In this document: positions 27,350-36,363 of the stretch, in pieces
Position numbering within the stretch: position 1 is the first letter of the stretch
How the letters are laid out: every line of letters begins with the position of its first letter
Source: Acinetobacter phage Presley
Sequence record: KF669658.1
Direction: 5' to 3' (one strand)
DNA: 64,000 nucleotides
Position numbers and translations under genes: made by a program
Notes under the pieces: generated by a model
Database searches by the model: none
The model's input: only the letters and a program-made list of their open reading frames with translations
What the model was told of the DNA's origin: nothing

Positions 27350-27368
27350 CTATCATAAATCAAACGTA

Positions 27369-27396
27369 AGGCCCCTATATGGGGCTTTTCTTTTTA
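27369..27396 (+). terminator. intrinsic terminator (AGGCCCC-tatat-GGGGCTT + TTTCTTTTT)
   Basis: GC hairpin plus U-run after nrdA. Confidence 0.7.
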
Positions 27397-27436
27397 GGGT
27401 ATCCAAATATACCTATTTAATCTCAAACACGCTCTA

Positions 27437-27988
27437 ATGAGCAATCAGGAAGAAATAGCCATGTCTAAAACAGTATCTTTGTTATTCCATTGTGTAAACC
27501 CATTATGCCCTCACCGCTTTCATGTAGGTGAGTTCCCTGCAGAAGCAAGCATTCCAGATAAATTAATTGTTGGTCGTTTAGGTGCACGTGCTTTAGCTCG
27601 TCTGGATAAATTCAAAGATTCAGATAGCTACCAGAAAGCATTAGCAACCATTGGTAAAAAACATCAACGTGCTACATCTAAAGACGCTGTTACTGCAGGT
27701 GCAATTCCATATATCGACCGTGAAAAAATTGCTGAATATCTACAAGATGAAAGCAAACCACATAGCGAAGAAGCGGATAACGCTTCAATTGAAAACCTGA
27801 ATACTATTTCTGGTGTTGTCACAATGACTACAGAACAAGTCCGCAATCGTGAACTTGATGTTGTAGAATTCGTGGCTGATCCATCTTTACCACCACTCGA
27901 TGCTGTACGTGCACGGGTAGCTCACTATCAAAGTGAAACCCTACGTTTGGAAGCATTGCGTATTTCCTTAGACCTTAAAAACAAATAG
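27437..27988 (+). CDS. hypothetical protein (N-terminal Cys/His cluster CVNPLCPHRFH)
   Basis: ORF with a possible zinc-ribbon-like motif. Confidence 0.5.
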   Translation: MSNQEEIAMSKTVSLLFHCVNPLCPHRFHVGEFPAEASIPDKLIVGRLGARALARLDKFKDSDSYQKALATIGKKHQRATSKDAVTAGAIPYIDREKIAEYLQDESKPHSEEADNASIENLNTISGVVTMTTEQVRNRELDVVEFVADPSLPPLDAVRARVAHYQSETLRLEALRISLDLKNK

Positions 27989-27995
27989 GTGATAT

Positions 27996-28970
27996 ATGCC
28001 GTACACGAACACAGGCAATCTACCATTATCGGTAGCAGTCTTCTTGGCTACTGATAAGTATGATCATGATGATCAGGCAATCTCTGCTACAAAGTTATTA
28101 AAACCAACTCGTCAATCTATTCTGGATTATCGTATTCCAGAAGATGAAAAGAATGTAGATCTCTTGAGCTTATCTGCATCACGTTACGGTACGGCAATTC
28201 ATGATGCTATTGAACAAGCTTGGCAAGATCCTACTAAAGCTTTATTAGAACTTGGATATAAACAATCCACGATTGATAAGATGCGTATCAACCCAACAGA
28301 CGAAGAACTTAAAGAACCGGGGATTATTCCTATCTTTATGGAACAACGTTGGGAACGTGAAGCCAATGGATACTATGTATCAGGTAAAGCTGACTTCGTA
28401 ATCCAAGGCCAACTAGAAGACTTCAAAACATGTTCTACCTATAGTTATAAAGATCCTAAAAAGATTAAAGACTATATAGGACAAGGAAGTATTTATCGTT
28501 GGATTCGTCCTGACATCATCACGTCAGACACTATTCGTATCAATCAAATGTATATGGACTGGTCTGCAGGAAAACTTAAACAAGGTGGTGAGTACCCACC
28601 TCAAAAGATCATGTCACTGGAATACCCGCTTTGGTCAATAGGTCAAACTGATCGCTTCATTAATAACAAGATTAAAGAACTTGTTCATTACATGGATGCG
28701 GATGAAGCAGATCTACCAGAGTGTAGTGATGAAGATCTATGGCGTTCTAAGACTGTCTATAAATATTACAAGAACCCTGAGAAAACCCAACGTAGTTCTG
28801 GCAACTTCGACACTATCGAAGAAGCACGTATTCGTCTTGCAGAAGATGGGCATGTAGGAATTATTCAGGAATTCAAAGGTAAAGCAAAAGCTTGTCGTTT
28901 CTGTAGCGCTATAAACCATTGCAGCCAGGCAAAGCGTTTATTAGATAACGATGAACTTGATTTAGGTTAG
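27996..28970 (+). CDS. PD-(D/E)XK exonuclease, Cas4/RecB-like with C-terminal Cys cluster
   Basis: GKADFVIQGQLEDFKT (D...E-x-K). C-terminal CRFCSAINHC (C-x2-C-x5-C) plus an upstream ECSD Cys. Same position as the N4 exonuclease. Confidence 0.6.
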   Translation: MPYTNTGNLPLSVAVFLATDKYDHDDQAISATKLLKPTRQSILDYRIPEDEKNVDLLSLSASRYGTAIHDAIEQAWQDPTKALLELGYKQSTIDKMRINPTDEELKEPGIIPIFMEQRWEREANGYYVSGKADFVIQGQLEDFKTCSTYSYKDPKKIKDYIGQGSIYRWIRPDIITSDTIRINQMYMDWSAGKLKQGGEYPPQKIMSLEYPLWSIGQTDRFINNKIKELVHYMDADEADLPECSDEDLWRSKTVYKYYKNPEKTQRSSGNFDTIEEARIRLAEDGHVGIIQEFKGKAKACRFCSAINHCSQAKRLLDNDELDLG

Positions 28971-28979
28971 GAGTGATCA

Positions 28980-31130
28980 ATGGATTTACGCCCATTTGAT
29001 CGGATGACTTATCATCCAGTCAGTGAACAAATCGTGACTATGCTAAGTGAGATTACACAGAATGAGAACCGTCACATGTTCCGTGTAATGCTTACTTATT
29101 ATTTTGGGCAGTTAGCTGCTCAAATGCGTGCACACATTTCGGGATGGCAGAATAGCCGTATCCCAATCAACATTTATGCAATTAACTTATCAGAGTCTGG
29201 TACAGGTAAAGGCTTTACCATGAACAAGATGGAGAACGATATCTTATATCGTTTCCGTGACATGTTCTTGCAAGAGACTTTCCCTAACCAAGCTGAAACA
29301 CATATCAGTGAACTGGCTAATGCACGCTTCTCTCGTAATCCAAACTTGGACCCAAACGAAGAAGAAGAACGCATGTGGGCAGAGTATGACAGTGTTGGAC
29401 CATTACTATGGTCATTTGATGATGCAACCCCTGCAGCCATTAAACAACTACGTCATAAGCTTCTACTTGCGAATGCAGGTGCCCTTAACTTACAGGTAGA
29501 TGAGATTGGGGATAACCTAATTAAAGTATCTGATGCGTTTAAAACAATGCTTGAGTTATATGACACTGGACGTATCAAAGATAAGTTAGTGAAAAATACT
29601 TCTGAGAATGGGCGATTTGTACCAATCGAAGGAAGTACACCTGCTAACGCTTTATTGTTTGGTGTATCGTCTGCATTACTTGATAGTGGTGAAACTGAAC
29701 GCAAGTTCTATTCATTTTTATCATCTGGTTATGCACGGCGTTGTATCTTTGCCTATTCCAATGAAGCCAATAAAGCTTCTGGTAAAACTGCAGAAGAACT
29801 TGTGGACCAAATGTTCAACCAAGAACATGACAACTTCTCAGAAGAAATGGCTGAATACTTTGAAGGTCTAGCAGACATTGCAAATATGAACATGGATATT
29901 GAGATAGGCCGTAAGGAATGTCTATATCTAATGAAGTACAAGTTGCATTGTGAACAACGTGGGCGTAGTTACAAAGAACACCAAGCAACATTAAAAGCTG
30001 AAATGGACCATCGTTACTTTAAGGTAATGAAGCTTGCAGCAGCTTATGCATTCATTGACTATACTGATCGAATTACCATTGATCATTTAGAAAATGCAAT
30101 CAAGCTTGTTGAAGATTCAGGTGAAGACTTTAATCGTCTTATGACACCTGAACGTGGGTACATGAAGTTAGCCAAGTATCTATCAAGCTGTAGTACACCA
30201 GTTACCTTATCTGATCTGGATGCAGAACTACCATGTTTCAAAGGTAGTAAGACAGCCAAGATGGAAATGATCGACTATGCAATTGCATGGGGCTATCAGA
30301 ACAACATGGTTATCAAACGTTCATTCATTGATAGTATTGAATTCTTAAAAGGCGAAGCCTTACAGGAAACCAATCTTGATGAAATGTACTTAACAGTAAG
30401 TGACCACGTTGCTTATCGTTATGCAGATCAGGTAGTAAAGTTTGAAGAACTTGCAGAACTAGGTAGTCAAACTGGTTTACATTGGGCCAACCATTCTTTT
30501 AATGATGAACATCGTTCACGTGCTAATGTATTGCCCGGTTTCAATCTCATTGTATTGGATATTGACGGTACTATGCCGTTGAGTACAGCAATGATGATCT
30601 TGGAAGATACAACAGCAATGTTCTATACAACCAAGCGTCATACGGAAGATGAAAACCGTTATCGCATTCTTATCCCGACAAGTCATATTTTAAATCTTGA
30701 TCCAGAAGAATACGGCATCTTTATGGAAGCTGTAATGGATTCATTCCCATTTGAAATAGATGAATCGTGTAAAGAACCAGAAAAGAAATGGTTATCCAAT
30801 GATGGTGAAGTTTACTTTACCGAAGGGAAGCTATTTGATGTATTGCCATTTATTCCACGTACGTCTCAGTTTGATAAACGTGTTGAACGTAACAAACAGT
30901 ATGAAGACTTTGACGGTCTACAGCGTTGGATTATGCAAAACACTGGTGACGGTAATCGTAATAAACAACTATTCCGTTATGCGATGGTATTGGCAGATGC
31001 TAACTATGGTTACGATGAAGTAGAAGAAGAAGTCATTAACTTGAATAACAAGTTAGTAGACAAACTCTCTGAAACTGAAATACGTACAACCATCATGAAG
31101 CAAGTAGCCAAGAAATGTAATCTTAAATAG
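28980..31130 (+). CDS. primase/helicase-like replication protein
   Basis: P-loop SESGTGKGFTM in the N-terminal half. C-terminal NLIVLDIDG resembles the hhhDhD motif of archaeo-eukaryotic-type primases. Lies between exonuclease and SSB, like the N4 primase. Confidence 0.45.
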   Translation: MDLRPFDRMTYHPVSEQIVTMLSEITQNENRHMFRVMLTYYFGQLAAQMRAHISGWQNSRIPINIYAINLSESGTGKGFTMNKMENDILYRFRDMFLQETFPNQAETHISELANARFSRNPNLDPNEEEERMWAEYDSVGPLLWSFDDATPAAIKQLRHKLLLANAGALNLQVDEIGDNLIKVSDAFKTMLELYDTGRIKDKLVKNTSENGRFVPIEGSTPANALLFGVSSALLDSGETERKFYSFLSSGYARRCIFAYSNEANKASGKTAEELVDQMFNQEHDNFSEEMAEYFEGLADIANMNMDIEIGRKECLYLMKYKLHCEQRGRSYKEHQATLKAEMDHRYFKVMKLAAAYAFIDYTDRITIDHLENAIKLVEDSGEDFNRLMTPERGYMKLAKYLSSCSTPVTLSDLDAELPCFKGSKTAKMEMIDYAIAWGYQNNMVIKRSFIDSIEFLKGEALQETNLDEMYLTVSDHVAYRYADQVVKFEELAELGSQTGLHWANHSFNDEHRSRANVLPGFNLIVLDIDGTMPLSTAMMILEDTTAMFYTTKRHTEDENRYRILIPTSHILNLDPEEYGIFMEAVMDSFPFEIDESCKEPEKKWLSNDGEVYFTEGKLFDVLPFIPRTSQFDKRVERNKQYEDFDGLQRWIMQNTGDGNRNKQLFRYAMVLADANYGYDEVEEEVINLNNKLVDKLSETEIRTTIMKQVAKKCNLK

Positions 31131-31131
31131 T

Positions 31132-31146
31132 GGGCGTTCCTCGCCC
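31132..31146 (+). promoter_or_regulatory. conserved regulatory hairpin GGGCG-uuccu-CGCCC (copy 2)
   Basis: Context AGTGGGCGTTCCTCGCCCT...TATAGGAG-N7-ATG. Covaries with the copy at 23477-23491. Confidence 0.5.
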
Positions 31147-31173
31147 TCTTGCGATTTCTATAGGAGCTAGTAC

Positions 31174-31896
31174 ATGGCTAGTAATAAACGTTTAGTAATG
31201 GTTGTTGGTGAATCTGGTTCAGGTAAAACCGCATCATTACGTGAACTTGAAGACCAACCGGGTGTAATGTTTTTTAACTGTGAATCAGGTAAAGAAATCC
31301 CGTTTAAAAATAAGTTCAATGAAGTAGTAGTAGATGATCCCTATATCATCTTCGATGCTTTAGATGAAGTACGTGACGATCCTGATGTGCATACAATTGT
31401 AATTGATTCATTAACCATGCTTATGGAAATGTTTGAATCAGTACATGTAATCACTGCAGCAGACACCCGTAAAGCATGGGGTGATTATGCACAATTCTTC
31501 AAAACATTAATGCAGCAATATGTTGCAACCATGGACAAACGTTTCATCTTTATTGCTCATACTGAATCATCATTAAACAATGAAACAGGTGTGATGGAAG
31601 TTAAAGTACCAGTTAAAGGTGCATTGGCTAAAATCAGTATCGAAGCTTACTTCTCTATTATCGTAGCTGCTAAAAAAGTGCGCGTTAAAGAATTAGAGAA
31701 GTATGAAAATGACATGCTTGAAATTACACCTCGTGAAGAAAACGTAGGATTCAAGCACGTATTCCAAACTCTACCTACTAAAGCAACAGTGGGAGAGAAA
31801 ATGCGTGGGCCATTTGATCTTTGGACAGATGAGCAAACGTATATTAACAACAACGCGCAATGGCTTTTGGAATACATTGACTCGTACTATGAATAA
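31174..31896 (+). CDS. Sak4-like RecA-fold ATPase (putative ssDNA annealing/recombination protein)
   Basis: N-terminal Walker A MVVGESGSGKT. Walker B-like IVIDS. Size about 240 aa. Confidence 0.45.
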   Translation: MASNKRLVMVVGESGSGKTASLRELEDQPGVMFFNCESGKEIPFKNKFNEVVVDDPYIIFDALDEVRDDPDVHTIVIDSLTMLMEMFESVHVITAADTRKAWGDYAQFFKTLMQQYVATMDKRFIFIAHTESSLNNETGVMEVKVPVKGALAKISIEAYFSIIVAAKKVRVKELEKYENDMLEITPREENVGFKHVFQTLPTKATVGEKMRGPFDLWTDEQTYINNNAQWLLEYIDSYYE

Positions 31897-31907
31897 GGTG
31901 AAGTCTC

Positions 31908-32000
31908 ATGGCTTACATATTCGGGCTTTTATTTGATGTATTCTCTATCATCATTTCACAAGGTATCTCTGCAGTAATCGCTGCAATGTTCATTCTATAA
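31908..32000 (+). CDS. unannotated 30-aa hydrophobic micro-protein (MAYIFGLLFDVFSIIISQGISAVIAAMFIL)
   Basis: ATG with AAGGTGAAG SD in the gap between the ATPase and SSB-like genes. Single predicted TM helix. Below the ORF-track size cutoff. Confidence 0.3.
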   Translation: MAYIFGLLFDVFSIIISQGISAVIAAMFIL

Positions 32001-32011
32001 GGAAGGCACTC

Positions 32012-32776
32012 ATGGGCTTTAAACTCAAAACAGCTAAAGATGTTGAAGAAGCACAAGACACAGTAGGCGGAAGTATTCCGCTTGAATCAAACGTGTACCC
32101 AATGGTACTTAAAAATGCATACGTGCATGTATCTGATAAAGGTGCACAAGCGTTAAACATTGAAATCGATATTGACAATGGTAAGCGCACACAACGTCAA
32201 TCTCTTTGGGTATCTGATGCAGAAGGTAAAAACTACTACGAAGATTCAAAGGGTAAAAAGAAACACTTTGCAGGTTACTTACTAGCTGACTCATTGGCTA
32301 TGTTAGCAACAGGCGGTGAAGCATCTATTGATGACTTGGATACCGAAGAAAAGATCATTCAGGTTTATGATTCTAATCAAGGTAAAGAAGTAAACAAAAA
32401 AGTAGAAGCATTCACTGACTTAATTGGCCTAGAATTCCAAGGTGGCTTGATCAAACACATTAAACCAAAATCAACTAAAGTTGGTGATGAATATGTAGAT
32501 GATCCAGTTGAAACCATTACCATTAACGAACTGGATAAAGTATTCAGTGAAGATGGTTTTACAACCATTGAACTTATTGAAGAAGCAGAAGAACCTGCAT
32601 TCATTCATACATGGTTAACCCGTTGGGAAGGTAAAGCCAAAACCACTAAACCAAAAGATGCAGCTAAAGGTCGCAGTGCAGGTGCAGGACGTTCTAATGC
32701 ACGTACAGCAGCAGCACCACGTGGTAAAGCAGCACCTGCAGCATCTACTGGTAAACGTCAGTTCTTTAAGCGTTAA
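32012..32776 (+). CDS. putative single-stranded DNA-binding protein (N4 SSB position and size)
   Basis: Positional and size analogy only (254 aa, after the primase/ATPase). Gly/Arg/Ala-rich C-terminal tail ending FFKR. GGAAGG SD. Confidence 0.35.
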   Translation: MGFKLKTAKDVEEAQDTVGGSIPLESNVYPMVLKNAYVHVSDKGAQALNIEIDIDNGKRTQRQSLWVSDAEGKNYYEDSKGKKKHFAGYLLADSLAMLATGGEASIDDLDTEEKIIQVYDSNQGKEVNKKVEAFTDLIGLEFQGGLIKHIKPKSTKVGDEYVDDPVETITINELDKVFSEDGFTTIELIEEAEEPAFIHTWLTRWEGKAKTTKPKDAAKGRSAGAGRSNARTAAAPRGKAAPAASTGKRQFFKR

Positions 32777-32804
32777 TACTTAACTGGTCAATTCAACAAC
32801 AATG

Positions 32805-32825
32805 GTAGCCTACATTAAGTAGGCT
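32805..32825 (+). promoter_or_regulatory. hairpin (ACATCCGATG-type 7-bp stem, loop attaa) followed by TATAGGAC + ATG
   Basis: Same 'hairpin, no strong U-run, TATAGGA' arrangement as 23477 and 31132. Confidence 0.4.
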
Positions 32826-32843
32826 TACTTATAGGACTCCATT

Positions 32844-33296
32844 ATGGAAAACGTAAATAACGAAGAAGCTCAACCATTAGCAATTGAACCTGATTTGCTG
32901 ATCACAGAAGATCAAGCGAAGCAGATGCAACAAGTTAATGACATTGAGCATCTAGGTGATCTTATTGGTAACTGGTTACTTAATACTAAGAATGCTTTAT
33001 TCCATGTATTAGATATGCCAGAAAATGAAGATCCTAATGATCCAGAAAATGCAATCTTGGTATTAGATCCTAAACACCCTAAAGCAGATGGCTTAGGTAA
33101 TCGCGCATTAACAGAAGAAGAACGTGTCGGTTTTATGTTCGGTATCCGATATGTTCTTGCTGATTATTTAGATCAGTTCCCTGTTAAGTTTGTAGTTACA
33201 GATGCTGATGGTAATGTTGCACCTGAATACGCTTCACAACAAGTGGGCGGTACTACAGGTGAAGAACATGCCCCAATCGAAAACCAAAACGATTAA
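32844..33296 (+). CDS. acidic hypothetical protein
   Basis: ORF with no motif recognised. Confidence 0.5.
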   Translation: MENVNNEEAQPLAIEPDLLITEDQAKQMQQVNDIEHLGDLIGNWLLNTKNALFHVLDMPENEDPNDPENAILVLDPKHPKADGLGNRALTEEERVGFMFGIRYVLADYLDQFPVKFVVTDADGNVAPEYASQQVGGTTGEEHAPIENQND

Positions 33297-33846
33297 ACTG
33301 CTTGGCCTAGATCCTTCAATGTCAAATTGGGGGATCGCTAAGGCTACGTATGACGATGTAGACGGATTAGTAATACGCCACTTAGATGTAATACGGCCTA
33401 AGCCTATTAAGGAAAAGATGCGTAAGAATGCCAAAGATGTAAACCAAGCTGAACAACTCATAGAAGGTGTTCTGCCTTATCTGGATGATGTAGACATCGT
33501 TATTGCAGAAGTCCCTGTTGGTAGCCAATCATCAAGAGCAATGGTTAATTACGCAATGTGTGTATCAATCATTGCAATGGTAAACCAAATCATTGAAAGA
33601 CCTGTCATTCAAGTTTCACCAAGTGATGTGAAGAAAGTAGTTGGTAATCCACAAGCATCTAAAGAACAGATGGTGGATTGGGCTATTGATCAACATCCCG
33701 AAGCTAATTGGCCCACATATAAAAAGGATAAGAAACTATACCTAAGTTATGCAAAAGCAGAACACATGGCTGATGCCATTGCTGCATTATACGCGGGTAG
33801 TCTTACCGATCAATTTTACGATTACATTAATTCCATTACAGGATAA
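33268..33846 (+). CDS. RuvC-like Holliday junction resolvase
   Basis: Track start 33202 is in-frame upstream. ATG at 33268 has AGGTGAAG SD. LLGLDPSMSNWGIA aligns with the RuvC N-terminus ILGIDPGSRVTGYGV. VIAEVP, QASKEQMVDW and AEHMADAIAA align with RuvC catalytic and helical segments. Confidence 0.7.
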   Translation: MPQSKTKTIKLLGLDPSMSNWGIAKATYDDVDGLVIRHLDVIRPKPIKEKMRKNAKDVNQAEQLIEGVLPYLDDVDIVIAEVPVGSQSSRAMVNYAMCVSIIAMVNQIIERPVIQVSPSDVKKVVGNPQASKEQMVDWAIDQHPEANWPTYKKDKKLYLSYAKAEHMADAIAALYAGSLTDQFYDYINSITG

Positions 33847-33850
33847 TCTC

Positions 33851-34492
33851 ATGAAAGCTTTAATCACTACTGCAGAAATCATCGTTGCTTTGCGTACTCA
33901 CTTTGCTATCGATGATAATGTGGATATTACATTCTCACACATTGCTGGTCATGAAGGTATTGTAGCTATTGCAGATACAGCACCTACATTTGGTCAAGCT
34001 GTTGAAGAAGTAAAAGCAATTGCTTCTGAAACCAAAACAACCCGTACACGCCGTTCACCTGTTAAGGCATCTGTAGAAGCTGCAGATGAAGACAACGAAG
34101 TGGAAGAAAAACCTGCTACAACTAAACGAAGCTTTGGTAAAAAGAAAGCAGAAGAACATGCGGATGATGCAGATCAAGACGTAGGTTCTGATGATGACGA
34201 AGGCGAAGTAGAACAGGAAACTGTTAAACCTAAACGCACTTTTGGTAAAACCAAAAAAGCTGTAGAACCTGAACCAGAAGACGAAGATCAAGGCGATGAT
34301 GATCAAGGCCAAGATCAAGACGACTTAGAGGAAGAAAAACCTACACCTAAGAAACGTACATTCGGTTCTAAAAAAGCTGTTAAAGAAGAAACAGTAGAAG
34401 ACGATGATGCCGATCAAGATGATGGTGAAGCAGAAGAACAACCTGCTAAACGTACTTTCGGTGCACGTAAGACTGTATTCGGTAAACGTTAA
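33851..34492 (+). CDS. acidic low-complexity protein with four K(R/K)(T/S)FG(K/S/A)(K/R)K repeats
   Basis: Track start 33749 overlaps ruvC. ATG at 33851 directly follows the ruvC stop. Folded-looking 60-aa N-terminus, then alternating poly-D/E tracts and basic KRTFGKKK motifs. Confidence 0.55.
   Translation: MKALITTAEIIVALRTHFAIDDNVDITFSHIAGHEGIVAIADTAPTFGQAVEEVKAIASETKTTRTRRSPVKASVEAADEDNEVEEKPATTKRSFGKKKAEEHADDADQDVGSDDDEGEVEQETVKPKRTFGKTKKAVEPEPEDEDQGDDDQGQDQDDLEEEKPTPKKRTFGSKKAVKEETVEDDDADQDDGEAEEQPAKRTFGARKTVFGKR
34100..34492 (+). repeat. coding tandem repeats (acidic tract + KRTFGxKK) x4
   Basis: KRSFGKKKAEE, KRTFGKTKKAVE, KRTFGSKKAVKEE, KRTFGARKTVFGKR, each preceded by a D/E/Q-rich stretch. 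Confidence 0.6.
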
Positions 34493-34674
34493 TGAATAAG
34501 GCAATTATGGTAGTGGGAGTGGTGATTGGTAGCATCATTCTCATTACTGTAGTTGCATACGTCATTTCATTAATCGTAATGGTAGTGACGTATGTACTGC
34601 CATTTGTAGTTATAGTTTTTTGTATAGGTTACGCCTCATGCCTATACAACAAACGAAAGAAAAGGGATCGATAA
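34492..34674 (+). CDS. small membrane protein (60 aa, 2 TM, basic C-terminus)
   Basis: Hydrophobic segments VVGVVIGSIILITVVAYVISLIV and VLPFVVIVFCIGYASCL, ending KRKKRDR. ATGA-coupled. Confidence 0.5.
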   Translation: MNKAIMVVGVVIGSIILITVVAYVISLIVMVVTYVLPFVVIVFCIGYASCLYNKRKKRDR

Positions 34675-34690
34675 GATCCCTTTGTTTATT
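34661..34690 (+). terminator. intrinsic terminator (AAAGGGATC-gataa-GATCCCTTT + GTTTATTT)
   Basis: 9-bp stem overlapping the stop codon, then a U-run. Confidence 0.65.
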
Positions 34691-34856
34691 TAGAGATGTA
34701 ATCGGGAATCTATCTGCAGAATGGGTTCAGGTATCGTGCCAATGCATAGTATCCGTAAACAGTATATTGCCCCCTGACATGAGTGTGTACTGCTTGTAGG
34801 TTGGAATCCTACATACCACCGATTGCATCATCTAAATAAACAACCAAGGAAACATC

Positions 34857-35213
34857 ATGCCTGCTTATGGTGAGTTATTCTCTGAACATGAAGCTCAGTA
34901 TAAAGCGAGCGTCATGTATAACACTTGGGGACATTTAGACCCTAAACCAAACCAAGTATATAAGTGCACATTCTTCGTAGCTCACGATGGAAGTGAAGCA
35001 CTTCACTTCAAACTGGATATGCCAGATCTATCTGGTGGCCCTGCATTCTATTCTGATATCTGTACCTTTGCATTTGAACGTTTTGTTAAAAGCAATACAG
35101 AAGAAGGAGTGTACAAGTTTGAAGGTACTTATCAACTGTATAAACGACCTAAGAAAGATAGCAATATGTATGGCTACTTCAAGGGTAAAGTTACTAAGGT
35201 AAAACTGAAATGA
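34857..35213 (+). CDS. hypothetical protein
   Basis: AAGGAAAC SD. First gene of a 5-gene cassette bounded by terminators. Confidence 0.5.
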   Translation: MPAYGELFSEHEAQYKASVMYNTWGHLDPKPNQVYKCTFFVAHDGSEALHFKLDMPDLSGGPAFYSDICTFAFERFVKSNTEEGVYKFEGTYQLYKRPKKDSNMYGYFKGKVTKVKLK

Positions 35214-35674
35214 TGAATAATCTTGATGAATTATTTGTGGAACTTTTCCTAAAAGATAAGACCACATATAAAACCAAGGATGTAGAAGTATCATTAGGCT
35301 TTTGTGCTCACCCTAAACGTATCCATGTAAATATACAGCATAAGCGTTTAGAAGGTTGTGGGGCTGCAGTTAATTCTGTAGCAGAAGCAAAGTCTATGAT
35401 ACGAGATGCATTCTTACGTTATACAGGTACAACGTTTCCTGAAAAGAATCCAGAAGTACGTACTTGGCATATCCAGTTACGTAACGGTAAGTATTATCCA
35501 TTGTGCGTTAGTCCATATAAGCCAGAACTCGTACCTTGTGATGATTGCTATGCAGTCAATTTACGTTATGGTCGTTATCCTGAATTGGATTGGGACCGTG
35601 ATGAACAGAACCCTGACATTATCTACATCCCTAAAAATGTGGTGTGGTGTCTTACTGATAGAGAGCCAACATGA
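35210..35674 (+). CDS. hypothetical protein
   Basis: ATGA-coupled ORF. Confidence 0.5.
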   Translation: MMNNLDELFVELFLKDKTTYKTKDVEVSLGFCAHPKRIHVNIQHKRLEGCGAAVNSVAEAKSMIRDAFLRYTGTTFPEKNPEVRTWHIQLRNGKYYPLCVSPYKPELVPCDDCYAVNLRYGRYPELDWDRDEQNPDIIYIPKNVVWCLTDREPT

Positions 35675-35892
35675 TTAATGTAATTGAACAATACACTGTA
35701 TCTGACCAATGTGTGATGCAACTTAATCATCACATTGAAGCAGGTATTTATACCGTAGATCTTAACTACATGAATGGTGCTGTTATTGCTACCATGATGG
35801 GATCTAAGAATGAAAGTACCGCTACGTGGTTCTATGAAAACTTGGAAGGATCTTATGAAGAACTCGCAGAAGTCCAAGCGAATGGGGAATGA
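35671..35892 (+). CDS. hypothetical protein
   Basis: ATGA-coupled ORF. Confidence 0.4.
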   Translation: MINVIEQYTVSDQCVMQLNHHIEAGIYTVDLNYMNGAVIATMMGSKNESTATWFYENLEGSYEELAEVQANGE

Positions 35893-36142
35893 TGATTTTC
35901 TGACATATCAGTACGCAGTATTCTTACGTAATAAAGTCACACAAGAATGCATGAATATGGTTATCTCAGTTGATTCAGATCCTGGTCAAGAGTCTTTAAC
36001 TATTCACTCATTAATGATGAAGTTAGCCAAACAAACCCGTGTATTTCCTGCAGGGTTCACGTTAGTAAGTATGATGGTTATTGATGTTCAAGAAGTAACC
36101 CATGATCCAAATGTAAAGGTGTCCGATGATACTAGACATTGA
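35882..36142 (+). CDS. hypothetical protein
   Basis: Track start 35810 overlaps the upstream gene by 83 nt. An in-frame ATG at 35882 overlaps the upstream stop. Confidence 0.4.
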   Translation: MGNDDFLTYQYAVFLRNKVTQECMNMVISVDSDPGQESLTIHSLMMKLAKQTRVFPAGFTLVSMMVIDVQEVTHDPNVKVSDDTRH

Positions 36143-36359
36143 TAATCCTAAAGTAGATATATCCAAAGCTACTAACGTATATGCCATGTACGTATGGATA
36201 GGTAAATATAGTAAAGAGCCTTGTGCTGAATTACTTTTAATGTCTTCTAACTACGCAATGAATGTTCCAGAACTCATTGAAGAAGTAAAGGCAAAACCGC
36301 GTATTCAATTGCATAATTCAGATGCACGTTTATATAAAATTTATGTAGACGGGCAATAA
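36126..36359 (+). CDS. hypothetical protein
   Basis: Last plus-strand ORF before the convergent terminators. Confidence 0.4.
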   Translation: MILDIDNPKVDISKATNVYAMYVWIGKYSKEPCAELLLMSSNYAMNVPELIEEVKAKPRIQLHNSDARLYKIYVDGQ

Positions 36360-36363
36360 GAAA

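Noticed and set aside
32012-32776. Calling 32012..32776 a canonical OB-fold SSB from sequence
   Set aside because: I could not recognise OB-fold SSB motifs or an acidic DDDIPF tail. The call rests only on size and position analogy to N4, so confidence is kept low.
34796-34820. tRNA-like T-arm GTAGG-TTGGAAT-CCTAC followed by ATACCACC
   Set aside because: No complementary 5' acceptor strand (GTGGTAT) about 70 nt upstream. No D-arm or anticodon arm recognisable. Loop has G at the invariant C56 position. Most likely a simple hairpin.
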